A stretch of 64,000 nucleotides of DNA, taken from assembly GCA_043825615.1 (NCBI GenBank), contig JBDRRS010000003.1:125379-189378 (forward strand), given 5' to 3'. The notes beneath the pieces were generated by a model. It made no database searches. It saw only the letters and a list, made by a program, of their open reading frames with translations, and was not told the DNA's origin. A program made the translations under genes and the position numbers. The DNA is from a bacterium. GTDB taxonomy: Bacteria; CG03. Every line of letters starts with the position of its first letter. Within the stretch, counting starts at the first letter, position 1. This document shows positions 26,587 through 36,629 of this stretch, piece by piece.

Positions 26587-27756
26587 ATGCACATACTTTT
26601 CAGTTTCGGCATAATTCTTTTCGGAGCATGGTCTGCGGGAAAAATCATAAAATATATCGGACTCCCCCTCGTTACGGCTTATATAATTTTCGGTATTGTG
26701 ATGGGGCCTGACATTCTGAATCTCGTTCACGGAAATTTTATCACCGCCTCGCCGCTTATTTCCAGCATCGGGCTCGGTTTTATCGCTTTCAACATCGGGC
26801 AGAATTTTGTCTGGGAAAACATAAAGCGGCTCGGTAAAATGGTCATCTGGATATCCTGCCTTGAGGCGTTTATGGCGTGGATTTTCGTAACTCTGGGAGT
26901 CCATTTTCTGGCCGGTATGAACTGGGCGACTTCAATCTGCCTCGGGGCTCTCGCTTCCGCTACGGCGCCGGCGGCGACGATGATGGTTATAAGGGAATAC
27001 AAAGCGTCGGGCCTTTTTACGAACACTCTCCTCGGGGTTGTGGCGCTGGACGACGCGTGGTGTCTGGTAATAATATCAATAGCGATCGCCGTTACCAAAG
27101 CCGTCTCGCTTCATGGCGCGGGAAATACCGTAATACTCAATGCGTTCTTTCACTCGATAGGCAGTATTACGGGGGCGTGTCTGGTCGGCGCGCTTCTCAC
27201 GGTGATGATAAAAAAAATATCCATTTTTGTCGTAACGCGGGATAATCTCCTGATTTTTATGCTGAGTTTCCTTTTCATAGGGATCGGCGCTTCCGAAATG
27301 TTTCATTTTCCCCTTCTCCTGACCTGCATGATAATGGGCGCCGTACTCGCCAATATTACGCGGGAGACGAAGTTTTTTGACGTCCTGCACGAGGTGGACG
27401 CACCGGTTTATCTGCTCTTCTTTGTGCTCGCCGGCGCGAATTTGAAAATAGCGCAGCTCGGAACAATCGGAATCGTCGGCATCGTTTATTTCTTTGTAAG
27501 AGTGGCGGGGAAATTTTCGGGGTCTTATCTGGGAAGCGTTATCTCGGATGCGCCCGTCAGAATCAGAAAATATATCTGGCTGGGGCTTGTCCCGCAGGCG
27601 GGCGTCGCTCTGGGAGCGGCTCTTATGGTGCGCGACCGGTTTCCTCTTGTCGGCGAAACAATTTTTACGACGGTTGTCGCAACAACGGTTCTTTACGAAC
27701 TGGTGGGACCTCTCTGCACGAAATTATCTCTCCGGAAAGCCGGCGAAATCCTGTAA
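26587..27756 (+). CDS. cation:proton antiporter (Na+/H+ exchanger family)
   Basis: Polytopic membrane protein; N-terminal GLPLVTAYIIFGIVMGPDILNLV typical of CPA/KefB-type exchangers. Confidence 0.75.
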   Translation: MHILFSFGIILFGAWSAGKIIKYIGLPLVTAYIIFGIVMGPDILNLVHGNFITASPLISSIGLGFIAFNIGQNFVWENIKRLGKMVIWISCLEAFMAWIFVTLGVHFLAGMNWATSICLGALASATAPAATMMVIREYKASGLFTNTLLGVVALDDAWCLVIISIAIAVTKAVSLHGAGNTVILNAFFHSIGSITGACLVGALLTVMIKKISIFVVTRDNLLIFMLSFLFIGIGASEMFHFPLLLTCMIMGAVLANITRETKFFDVLHEVDAPVYLLFFVLAGANLKIAQLGTIGIVGIVYFFVRVAGKFSGSYLGSVISDAPVRIRKYIWLGLVPQAGVALGAALMVRDRFPLVGETIFTTVVATTVLYELVGPLCTKLSLRKAGEIL

Positions 27757-27862
27757 ACATCTGTCTCTCCGTTAAATGCGTACTATAATCCTGGCGCCGT
27801 GACTGAACAGTAAGCAGTACGGAATCAATAAATCCCAAATAAACTTAAAATTCTACTCCCAA

Positions 27863-29149
27863 TTACTTGGAAAAATGTTTCTGACTTGCAGCCAGCCCGT
27901 CTTCAAGCGACTCTTCCATCGTTGAGTACTTCCAGCCGCCGAACCTTCCGGTTGATATTATTTTGTGTTTTTTGAGGAACCCGAAAATTTTGGGCAGGAC
28001 CTTTTCCCTTTCATTATCGTAAATGACATAAGCGAACGGGATGTTCAGGTCTTTTTGGACGAGGATGCTTTTCTCCGTGAGGCGCAGAAATTCAAGAATT
28101 TTTTTTACCGTCATTTCCGCCTTCCCGTCCCGGAATGATTCCTCTACGTAAATGTTCGAGAACCGCTCCGGCACGCTGCCGAAATTGGACAGGAAACCGA
28201 TTCTGTAAAACGGGAATTTCTTTTCGGGAAAATAAATCCAGTGCCCCATTTCCGAAAAATTCTTTTTTAAAACGAGGTTCGTGTTTTTCACGCCCGCCCA
28301 CTTTAATTTCTTTGAAAGTTTCCGCATTTCCGGACAGCCGTTCAGACGGTTCAGGAGAACGGGCAGAGGGATTGTGGATATGATTTCGTCATAGGATATT
28401 TTGCCGTTTCCTGTAAATATTATTTTTTTATTCAGGTCGATTGATTTTACTCCCGCTCCGAAAATTATGTTTTTCCCTTTTGCCAGCGGCTTTATGATTT
28501 CGCTGATTCCTCCTCTTTCCGGGTAATAAAACGAGGCGTTGTAACCTCCCGTCTGCTCCGGGTTGCGCCGCGCGGCTCCTTTGAGTATCAGACCTTTCGA
28601 AGGCGGCGGCACGAATCTCCCCATCCACAGGGTGCTCATTTTTCTCAAGTCGTATTTCCAGAGTTTCCTGTTATACGGCTCAAAAAAGAGGCGGAACATT
28701 CTTTCACCGAAGGAATTCTTAGCCCAGTCGTAAAAACTGCCGCGGGCCGGCTCTCCCCTGCCGGCAAGGAAGTCCTTTACGCATTTGGTTTTTTCCTTTT
28801 GCGGCAGGTAGGCGAGATGATACTGGAAGGGATAGGGGACAGACCCGTCCAGCAGATGTATTGACGCGGAGCGCGAATGTTTTTTCAGAGGGACTTTCAG
28901 TTCCGACGTTATAAAACGCTTCCAATCCTTATCCTTCGCAGGGTGGCGTGATGTCGTCTGCTTTTTATTTTTGAAATGCAGGAGGTGTCCGGTGTAATCA
29001 AAGAAAAAACCGTTTTTCTTCTCGGTTCGGCAGAGCCCACCAGCTTCGCTTTCTTTTTCAAGGACGAGCGGTTTTATTTTTCTTTTTACAAGGAAATGCG
29101 CTGCGGAAAGGCCGGTGAGCCCCGCCCCGAGAATCACGATTTTTTTCAC
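27863..29149 (-). CDS. NAD(P)/FAD-dependent oxidoreductase (UDP-galactopyranose mutase / amine-oxidase-like)
   Basis: N-terminal Rossmann VILGAGLTGLSAA...E...GG. Confidence 0.65.
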   Translation of the reverse strand: MKKIVILGAGLTGLSAAHFLVKRKIKPLVLEKESEAGGLCRTEKKNGFFFDYTGHLLHFKNKKQTTSRHPAKDKDWKRFITSELKVPLKKHSRSASIHLLDGSVPYPFQYHLAYLPQKEKTKCVKDFLAGRGEPARGSFYDWAKNSFGERMFRLFFEPYNRKLWKYDLRKMSTLWMGRFVPPPSKGLILKGAARRNPEQTGGYNASFYYPERGGISEIIKPLAKGKNIIFGAGVKSIDLNKKIIFTGNGKISYDEIISTIPLPVLLNRLNGCPEMRKLSKKLKWAGVKNTNLVLKKNFSEMGHWIYFPEKKFPFYRIGFLSNFGSVPERFSNIYVEESFRDGKAEMTVKKILEFLRLTEKSILVQKDLNIPFAYVIYDNEREKVLPKIFGFLKKHKIISTGRFGGWKYSTMEESLEDGLAASQKHFSK

Positions 29150-32025
29150 CAGTTCACTCCCAGCCGGAAATACGATTCATATTCCTTATCCCGCAGAGTC
29201 CTTGCCCTGTCAAAAGAAATAAAGAGAGGATAACTCTGAAAAAGGAGCGCGTTCAGCCGGAAACCGAACCCGAAGGAGTGCCTGAGATTTTCTTTCCCCC
29301 ACTCGCTGCTTTTTGAGAAAACCTCTCCCGCATCGTAAAAAATAACCCCTTTCAAACTCTTGAAATACATCGGAGGTATCAGCCACCAGACATTATAGTC
29401 AATATCAGGAAAAACGTAAAACCTGTATTCGGCGGAGCCGAGAGCGAGCCGGCTCTCGTCGGGCACGCCGCTTAAGCCACGGACCATGTTCCACCGCGTG
29501 ATGTCGAAAAGTTCCGGCGTTTCGCCCCACGAGAAAAGACCGAGAAGCCGCAGGGCAAAAATGTGGTTCGGGAAAACAATAGGGGCAAAAAACTGTTCTT
29601 CAAAATAAACCGATTTGTACTGGAAATCGCCGCCGAGACGTTTCCCCGACTGCGCAAAACTCAGGTTGGCTCTCCTCCCTTTTACGATGTCCATAAACCT
29701 GTAAATGCTGAAATCCCTGACGAGAGAGAGGACGTAAGCGTTTTCAAACGTTTCGTAATAGTCGTTTTCCTCCCAGTCAAGCAGGTCTTTGTTTCTTTCC
29801 CGCGCGAGCATCAGTTCCAGCCGGTTGTTTTTGTCGAGGGGTCTTGTGAAAAAAAGGCCGAAAGCGTCTTTTCTGCTGTCCTCTTTCATCACCTCGGCCG
29901 CGTCTTCGTCATCTCCGGGGATGCTCCATCTTGTTTCTCTCGAGCCGCCCGTAAAAAAACCGGCGTTCGTTTTCCATTTCTTGCACAGGTAGGAAAAAGA
30001 ATAATTCATGTCTCTCGTCGCCGACAGCCACTGGAGATAGAGAGAGGCATTGTGGTTGCCGGTGATATCGGACGCCTGCATGTAATTCAAAACATAGAAT
30101 TCCACGTCTCCCTCGGAAAAAGCGAACATCGCGAGAGGGTAAACCAGGTCAAAAGACCACCGTGTTTTGTATTTTCTGAAGTCATAGGGCAGGACTTCAG
30201 ACGGTTCCGGCGGTTTCTCTTTTTCCTTTTTCATTTCGATTCCCGCAGTAAAATTTTCATCCTGCGTTTCAGGGGCATGTCTCCGCAAAGCAGGTTTTAT
30301 ATCCTCGATGTCAATTCCTCTTTTGAGAAAGGCATCGTCAATGACTGACGATGAACCGGCGTGCGCTGAATCCGCCGTTGCCGGAGGTGAATCAAAAACA
30401 TAAATCTGCCGGGAACCTTCCCACTGGATTACGGCGGCAATTTCATTGTTTTTTGAAACCGCGAAATCCGTAACGCCTGTTTTAATGAACGTCATATTTT
30501 CCGCCTCGTCGAAATTTGAGGAGGAATATCTTATTCTGAAAATATCGCTGAAAGAATTTCTGTCGCTTATGAAATACAGGTGTTTCCCGAGAAGATGCGG
30601 AGTTTTTTCGTCAAAGGACGTGTCTGTAAGCCATGTTTTTTTGAAAGATGAAAGCGATATTTCTCTCAGGTCAAGTTCCTGCCTGCGTTCGCAGGAATAG
30701 ATGATTTTCTGTTCGCCGGGAATTACCGTAAAGGAGTGTTCAAAGTCGTCGTCGTCCGTAATGTTTGAGATTTTTCCTTCGTTCCAGAGGAATATGTCGC
30801 TCCTGCAAGACAGGTCCCCAGCCATCAGGAGAGAACCGTCGTTAAGGGCTTCAATCTGTCTTACCTCGGTGAAAGGGATGGGGATTTCGAGAAACTTTTT
30901 ATTTTCATAAAAGACCAGATGGTGTTTTCCGTCCTTCCACGCGGTAAAAATGAGCCGGTTCCCGTAATAAGCGAAAGAGTCCCCTACATTGTCAAAATAA
31001 TTCTTTTTTCTTTTTAAAAGACGTTTCTGCTTTCCGCTTTTCACGTCCTTTATCACAATTTCGTCGTAGCCGTATCCGTCGGAAACGAACGCAATTTTAC
31101 CGTCAAAGAAAAAAGGGCTTCTCGCCCGGTAGAACCGGAAATCCGGGGAAATCATCCGCCCGAGTTTTTCCGGAGCGTTTCTTTCATCGGTCGCTTTTTT
31201 ATACTGTCCGTCCAGATATTCTTCGAACAAAGCGTCGAATCTGCGCGAACCGGTATCAAACGTTTTTCTCATCGCGATGTTCTGTTCCCATATCTGCGGG
31301 AATTGTTTTACGAGTTCGAGAACTTTATTTTTGCCGTATTTCCGCGCGATAAAAATCATCATTTTCTGCGACTGCTTATAAGCAAGGTAGACGCGGTAGC
31401 CCTCAAGGTGAGAGAAGGAAAGCAGGTCCTCCGAAGGGACGAGCAAGCCGTGCAGGTAGATATCCCGGAGAGCTGCGGCGTCTTCCCCGTCCCAGATGTC
31501 GGATGAAAATTCGGCAAGGCCCTCCTGTATCCAGAGAGGAATGGGATATATCATAAGGCGCACGAGTGAAATCGACCGCCAGAAACCGCCGTAGAAAATT
31601 TCAAAACTCGCGACGTGCGTGTATTCGTGCTGGAGGATGTGCCTCATTTCCCGGGGCGAAGTATAGTAAGGCAGCACAAACCTGTTCTTAAACGCCTCCG
31701 CAAAACCGCCTGTCCCCCACGACACGGGGGCTATCCTGTTCGAATGAAAGTCAGGGTGGTCTTCAAAGAAAAAAAAGAACGGTTTTTTCCGCGGGCTTAC
31801 GTTGAGAAATTCAAACGTTTCGTCGTGGGTTTTTTCAAGCATTTGCGATATCAAAGCCGTCTTATGAGAAATCTGCGGGTAGTGGAAAATCGTAAAATGT
31901 TCCGTTTCGCAGGTGCTCCATTCGAAGTTCTGCGTATATGTCTGATTTTTTCCGAATTCGAGACCGGAAACCGCCGACGATATTAAAAGTGCAAAAATGC
32001 CGTAAAGTGAAACTTTACATTTCAC
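29146..32025 (-). CDS. large secreted protein: N-terminal HExxH metallopeptidase-like region, TolB-like beta-propeller, C-terminal Omp85/BamA-like beta-barrel
   Basis: Signal peptide; HEYTHV zinc-binding motif; C-terminal FYDAGEVF...FGFGFRLN; 4-nt overlap with upstream oxidoreductase gene. Confidence 0.5.
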   Translation of the reverse strand: MKCKVSLYGIFALLISSAVSGLEFGKNQTYTQNFEWSTCETEHFTIFHYPQISHKTALISQMLEKTHDETFEFLNVSPRKKPFFFFFEDHPDFHSNRIAPVSWGTGGFAEAFKNRFVLPYYTSPREMRHILQHEYTHVASFEIFYGGFWRSISLVRLMIYPIPLWIQEGLAEFSSDIWDGEDAAALRDIYLHGLLVPSEDLLSFSHLEGYRVYLAYKQSQKMMIFIARKYGKNKVLELVKQFPQIWEQNIAMRKTFDTGSRRFDALFEEYLDGQYKKATDERNAPEKLGRMISPDFRFYRARSPFFFDGKIAFVSDGYGYDEIVIKDVKSGKQKRLLKRKKNYFDNVGDSFAYYGNRLIFTAWKDGKHHLVFYENKKFLEIPIPFTEVRQIEALNDGSLLMAGDLSCRSDIFLWNEGKISNITDDDDFEHSFTVIPGEQKIIYSCERRQELDLREISLSSFKKTWLTDTSFDEKTPHLLGKHLYFISDRNSFSDIFRIRYSSSNFDEAENMTFIKTGVTDFAVSKNNEIAAVIQWEGSRQIYVFDSPPATADSAHAGSSSVIDDAFLKRGIDIEDIKPALRRHAPETQDENFTAGIEMKKEKEKPPEPSEVLPYDFRKYKTRWSFDLVYPLAMFAFSEGDVEFYVLNYMQASDITGNHNASLYLQWLSATRDMNYSFSYLCKKWKTNAGFFTGGSRETRWSIPGDDEDAAEVMKEDSRKDAFGLFFTRPLDKNNRLELMLARERNKDLLDWEENDYYETFENAYVLSLVRDFSIYRFMDIVKGRRANLSFAQSGKRLGGDFQYKSVYFEEQFFAPIVFPNHIFALRLLGLFSWGETPELFDITRWNMVRGLSGVPDESRLALGSAEYRFYVFPDIDYNVWWLIPPMYFKSLKGVIFYDAGEVFSKSSEWGKENLRHSFGFGFRLNALLFQSYPLFISFDRARTLRDKEYESYFRLGVNW

Positions 32026-32027
32026 AA

Positions 32028-33659
32028 TTATTCTTTCTTGAGAATGTCTCCGATGCTGAAACCCGCGGATTCCGAAGAATAATATTGCTGCATCGTTTCG
32101 TTTTCTTTCTGTTTTTCCAGTTCCTTTATGCTGAGTTCTACCATCCTTAAGTTTTCGTTTACCTTTACGACAACCGCTTCAATTTTCTGACCTTCGGAAA
32201 AGGCGGAAAGGTTTTCGGTTTTTCCCGCCTCAATCTGCGAAATGTGGATAAAACCCGTTATTCCGTCCGGAAGGTCCATTATAAGTTTATCCGTATCAAC
32301 TTTGGCGACCGTGCCGGTTACGTTCCGCCCTGAAACGTAATTTTTAAAAGGGCTGTCTTCTATCTGTTTCAGGCCCAGATAAATTTTTTGTTCCTCAACG
32401 CTGATGCTCAGAATTTTTGCGGAGACCTGCTGGTCGACACACAAGATGTCCGCGGGATGGGAAATTCTTTCTTTCCATGAAAAATCCTTCAGCAGAATAA
32501 AACCCTCTGCGGCATCCGGAAGTTCCACAACGGCGCCGTTCTTCGTAAGATGGGTAACCCTGCCTTCAATTGTTTCCCCGACGGAATGTTTCGCGGTAAA
32601 GCTCTGCCATGGATTTTCCTGCGTGTTCTTCAGGCTCAGGGATATTCTTTTGTTTTCATGGTCGCTCTTTAACACCATTACTTCTATTGTCTGGCCTTCT
32701 TTCAGGACCTCGGCTGTCTTGAGATTTCTTTTCCAGGACAGTTCGCTTATGTGCAGGAGCCCCTCAAGACCCGGCTCAAGTTCAACAAAAGCTCCGTACT
32801 CTACAACGCCTCTTACAACGCCGTTGTGTATGCTGCCGACAGGGTATTTCTTTTCGACTTTTTCCCATGGGTGAGATTTTGTTTCTCTTAAACTCAGGGA
32901 AACCCTGTTTTCCGTTTTGTTCAGTTTTGTAATCTTGACTTCTATTTCCTGCCCGATTTTCAATTCGTCGGAAACCCTTTCCGTCCTGCCCCACGAGATG
33001 TCCTTTATGTGAAGAAGGCCTTCAAATCCTCCTATGTCCACAAATGCGCCGAATTTGGTAATGCCTTTTACGACGCCTTTTTTTATTTCGCCCTCGCGCA
33101 CCTCGGACCAGAATTTTTCCTGAAGCTTTTTATATTCCGGTTCGACCACGTCCCTCCACGAGACGACAATATCGTTTTTAATTCTGTTGAATTTCTTTAT
33201 TTTCACGGGGACGTCCTGCCCTATGGTTTCTTTTATTTTTCTGACGGGAGGATAACCTATCTGCGAGTTCGGCATAAATGCCTCAATCCCGTTGATTTTG
33301 GCTTTTACGCCGCCTTTAATCTGCTCAACAATTCTGGCGGTGACGGTTTCCCCTTTTTCAAACGCCTGCTCAATGTCGTATATCGCCTTGTTCTTCTGCG
33401 CTCGACGGCACGACAGCGTCGGGGAACCGCCGGTTCCGGACATATCAATTATGTATACGTCTATGTCCTGCCCGACGGAAATATCGCTCACCTCAGATAT
33501 TTCCGAAAGGGGAATTACGCCTTCGGCTTTTCCCCCGATATCCACCAAAACGCCGTCCGGACTGGAAACGTCAAGCACTTTTCCCTTGACGATTTTCCCC
33601 GCCGCAAGTTTTGGAATGGCATTCACAACTTCATCCATCAGATTCTTTGACTCACTCAT
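32028..33659 (-). CDS. rpsA: 30S ribosomal protein S1
   Basis: Multiple S1 domains (G..V.G.V......G..V..G....G..H.SE). Confidence 0.9.
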   Translation of the reverse strand: MSESKNLMDEVVNAIPKLAAGKIVKGKVLDVSSPDGVLVDIGGKAEGVIPLSEISEVSDISVGQDIDVYIIDMSGTGGSPTLSCRRAQKNKAIYDIEQAFEKGETVTARIVEQIKGGVKAKINGIEAFMPNSQIGYPPVRKIKETIGQDVPVKIKKFNRIKNDIVVSWRDVVEPEYKKLQEKFWSEVREGEIKKGVVKGITKFGAFVDIGGFEGLLHIKDISWGRTERVSDELKIGQEIEVKITKLNKTENRVSLSLRETKSHPWEKVEKKYPVGSIHNGVVRGVVEYGAFVELEPGLEGLLHISELSWKRNLKTAEVLKEGQTIEVMVLKSDHENKRISLSLKNTQENPWQSFTAKHSVGETIEGRVTHLTKNGAVVELPDAAEGFILLKDFSWKERISHPADILCVDQQVSAKILSISVEEQKIYLGLKQIEDSPFKNYVSGRNVTGTVAKVDTDKLIMDLPDGITGFIHISQIEAGKTENLSAFSEGQKIEAVVVKVNENLRMVELSIKELEKQKENETMQQYYSSESAGFSIGDILKKE

Positions 33660-34543
33660 CTTACCACCTTTTTATAAACGCATTTCTCAATTTCTAAAAC
33701 CAGCTCTCTCGGAGAGGAAGCTCCCGATGTAATTCCGATCGGGCGGCTTATTTTTTTTCCTCTCAAGTCGTTTACCCCTGCAATTATTTCAGCTGGGCAG
33801 ATACGCCTGACAATTTTTGCGAGGTTCACCGTATTGCTGCTTTTTTTATCACCGACTATTATAACCGATTTAGAAATTTTTGCAAGTTCTTTCGCCTCAA
33901 CCCGCCGCTCCTTTGCTTCTCTGCATATTGTGTTTATTATGCGCGCTCCGGGAATTTTGCCGCGAAGGACGCCCGAAATTTCAAGAAACCTGCTGTCGGT
34001 TATTGTTGACTGGCAGATCACGGCGGTTTTTTTCTTTTTGGTGCGCCGGGCGGGTTGTGCTTTGAAATTTTCGGCAGCCGCTTTATTTTCGACAATCACG
34101 GAGCCGCGCCCCGCATGCGAGATGAGCGCCTTAACCTCCGCGTGCAGAGGGTTGCCTATGATAACGATTGAGTAATCCGACTTTTTCAGTTTTTCAAGAG
34201 TCAGATGTATTTTTTTGAGAATAGGGCAGGTGAAATCGAAAATTCTGCAGTTTTTTTTCTTTAAGGTGTTTATCGTTTTCAGAGGAAGTCCGTGAGCCCG
34301 TATAATTACGTCTGACTTTGCAGGAATGGCCGTTGGTTTCTTTACGATGATGAGACCTTTTTTTGCGAGGTCTATCATAACGAAAGAGTTGTGCACGAGG
34401 TCGCCTATGCAGTAGACTTTTTTATGCAGCAGGAGTTTTTTTGTTTTTTTTACCGCTATCGTTACGCCGCTGCAGAAACCGGCAAATCCCGCAACTTTTA
34501 TAGCGGGCGTCCACGTATCAGCGGGCGTTTTTTTCAATGCCAT
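33656..34543 (-). CDS. ispH: 4-hydroxy-3-methylbut-2-enyl diphosphate reductase
   Basis: LytB-type motifs incl. GDLVHNS and IVGDKKSSNT. Confidence 0.85.
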   Translation of the reverse strand: MALKKTPADTWTPAIKVAGFAGFCSGVTIAVKKTKKLLLHKKVYCIGDLVHNSFVMIDLAKKGLIIVKKPTAIPAKSDVIIRAHGLPLKTINTLKKKNCRIFDFTCPILKKIHLTLEKLKKSDYSIVIIGNPLHAEVKALISHAGRGSVIVENKAAAENFKAQPARRTKKKKTAVICQSTITDSRFLEISGVLRGKIPGARIINTICREAKERRVEAKELAKISKSVIIVGDKKSSNTVNLAKIVRRICPAEIIAGVNDLRGKKISRPIGITSGASSPRELVLEIEKCVYKKVVR

Positions 34544-35096
34544 CTTTTATCCTCTCACAAATTTTTTCGGAAACTTCACGCGTGTAAGGCATTTTTCTCT
34601 CCGGGAAATCAACAGGGTTGCCGAATTTAACGGAAAACCTTTTAAGGTTTTTCCATTCGTTTGTCCCTTTTATGAAGACGGGAATAACCGGTTTTTCCGT
34701 GCGGTAAATAATATAAGACACGGCTCGCCGTATCTTTTTGACTTTGCCGTCGCCCGTTTTATTCCTTGTACCCTCGGGAAACACGAGTAAATTTTTACCG
34801 GAATTCACTATTTCCACGGCTTTTCTGAATGCGCTCCTGTCAAAAAGATTTCTGTCCACGGGAAAAGCGCCGAGTTTTTTCAGAAAAAATGCGATTACAG
34901 GGTTATAAAAAAGTTCTTTCTTCGCCATAAAATGAAGTCTCCGGAACGTTGAAGCCGCTATTACGGGAGGGTCACAGTTGGAAAGGTGGTTTGAGCAGAG
35001 AATTACGCCTCCTCCGGGGATGATGCCTGAAACTTTCAGCCGGAAAAAAATTCCTCCGGCAAACAGGGACAAAACCCATGCAATCAAATAAATCAT
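34518..35096 (-). CDS. plsC: 1-acyl-sn-glycerol-3-phosphate acyltransferase
   Basis: NHLSNCD (NHxxxxD) and FPEGTR motifs. Confidence 0.8.
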   Translation of the reverse strand: MIYLIAWVLSLFAGGIFFRLKVSGIIPGGGVILCSNHLSNCDPPVIAASTFRRLHFMAKKELFYNPVIAFFLKKLGAFPVDRNLFDRSAFRKAVEIVNSGKNLLVFPEGTRNKTGDGKVKKIRRAVSYIIYRTEKPVIPVFIKGTNEWKNLKRFSVKFGNPVDFPERKMPYTREVSEKICERIKDGIEKNAR

Positions 35097-35764
35097 TTTT
35101 TCCCGCTTTTTTCTGCAACCTCTTTTATAATGATGTCCGCAACTTCTTCAATGCTTTTGTTCGTTGAATCTATCACCGTCGCCCCCGCCGGAATTTTCAG
35201 CGGGCAGAGCCCCCTTGTTTTGTCAATGTTGTCTCTTTTGTTTATGTCGGCTATGATGCGCTCTAAAATCTGCGGGTTTCCTTTTTCCTTTAATTCCAGA
35301 AATCTTCTTTTCGCTCGTTCGCTAATGCTGGCGTCGAGATAAAACTTAAATCGGGCGCGAGGGAACACGACCGTTCCGATGTCGCGGCCTTCCATGACCA
35401 CGCCCGATTTTTCCGCAAATTGCCGCTGCATGTCGCGGAGAATCCGGCGGACTTCCCCGCTTGCCGCCGTTATGGAAGTGCGGTTCGTAACGGTTCTCGA
35501 CCTGATTTTGCGGGAGACGTCCTCCCCGTCCAGTAATATTTTCTGTTTATCGAACCGTATTCTGGAACCTGCGGCGATTCCGCACATTTTTTTCGGATCC
35601 GTCATGTCGATTTTATTTTTCAGCGCCTTGTATGTTACCGCCCTGTACATTGCGCCTGTGTCTATATAGGTTAAGCCGAGTTTCTCTGCCACGATGCGGG
35701 CTATCGTGCTCTTCCCCGCCCCCGCCGGCCCGTCTATTGTAATGGGGTCAGGTCTTGCAATCAT
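35093..35764 (-). CDS. cmk: cytidylate kinase (annotated start lies inside REP-like repeat; true start uncertain)
   Basis: ITIDGPAGAGKST P-loop typical of Cmk; first codons ATGATTGCAAGACCTGACCCC coincide with REP core. Confidence 0.85.
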   Translation of the reverse strand: MIARPDPITIDGPAGAGKSTIARIVAEKLGLTYIDTGAMYRAVTYKALKNKIDMTDPKKMCGIAAGSRIRFDKQKILLDGEDVSRKIRSRTVTNRTSITAASGEVRRILRDMQRQFAEKSGVVMEGRDIGTVVFPRARFKFYLDASISERAKRRFLELKEKGNPQILERIIADINKRDNIDKTRGLCPLKIPAGATVIDSTNKSIEEVADIIIKEVAEKSGKK

Positions 35765-36629
35765 ACATTTTCTCTATGCGCCGTAATCTGCGGCTCACTG
35801 TAGCATAATGCACGCCAAGATATTCCGCTATTTCTTTCATACAGTACCTGTATTTTTCATAGGCTTCCACTATGGCATTATCACTGTTCTTTCTCAATAT
35901 CACCCTCAGCGGTTTACGCTTTGGTTCCTGCTGAATCCTCGGTATTTCTTTAATCCTTTCTTTTTTCGATATTTTTTTGATAAATTTATCATCACCGTAA
36001 TATATCTGCCCTTTTAATTTTTCCCATACCGTTTTACCCACTCCCTCTTTAACAAACTTATAATATTTTTCTACCCCTTTTTTTTGATTATTGTCGAACT
36101 GCTTTAATATCCAATCTGTCGTCAGCCAATCCGGGCACTCTTCCAATCCCAGCATTGCCCGATACGCGCTCCATTTCCAATCTTCAACCCTTTTTACTAT
36201 CCCTGCTCGCACTGAATTCAACACTATATATCTGCTTAGTTCCAGTAAATGCTCATTTTTCTGCACAACTATTGCTTTATATCTGCCCTGAAACAAATGC
36301 CCAACACGGCTATGCATCTTGTTAAACCGCTGTGTATACACTCCATTTAACTGCCGCATTCCTCCTGATAAATTACCTTCAGGCGTCTCTACCAATAAAT
36401 GATAATGATTGGTCATCAAATTATATGAATGGCATAACCATTTATAACGCTTTATCGTTTTTTCAAGTATCCGCAGGAACTCTTTACGGTCACTGTCATT
36501 GTAATATATACTCCGCTTTGCGTTACCTCGTGCTGTAATATGGTATATTGCCCCGGGATATTCTATTCTTAGCGGCCTAGCCATATTTCAACTTACCTTT
36601 TATTTTGTTGCATTGCAAGACCTGACCCC
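35744..36629 (-). mobile_element. REP-flanked RAYT unit inserted between aroA and cmk
   Basis: GGGGTCAGGTCTTGCAAT at 35744-35761 and its reverse complement at 36612-36629 bracket the RAYT gene. Confidence 0.7.
35748..36584 (-). CDS. REP-associated tyrosine transposase (IS200-like Y1 HUH transposase family) with C-terminal HTH
   Basis: GAIYHITARGN, HuH motif NHYHLLV, GHLFQGRYK, ELSRYIVLNSVRAG; C-terminal HTH-like IAEYLGVHYATVSRRL. Confidence 0.85.
   Translation of the reverse strand: MARPLRIEYPGAIYHITARGNAKRSIYYNDSDRKEFLRILEKTIKRYKWLCHSYNLMTNHYHLLVETPEGNLSGGMRQLNGVYTQRFNKMHSRVGHLFQGRYKAIVVQKNEHLLELSRYIVLNSVRAGIVKRVEDWKWSAYRAMLGLEECPDWLTTDWILKQFDNNQKKGVEKYYKFVKEGVGKTVWEKLKGQIYYGDDKFIKKISKKERIKEIPRIQQEPKRKPLRVILRKNSDNAIVEAYEKYRYCMKEIAEYLGVHYATVSRRLRRIEKMYDCKT

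Noticed and set aside
35748-35764. The 17-nt RAYT/cmk overlap as evidence of translational coupling
   Set aside because: The annotated cmk start is simply the longest ORF and lies inside the REP repeat; the true start may be downstream, so the overlap may be an annotation artefact.
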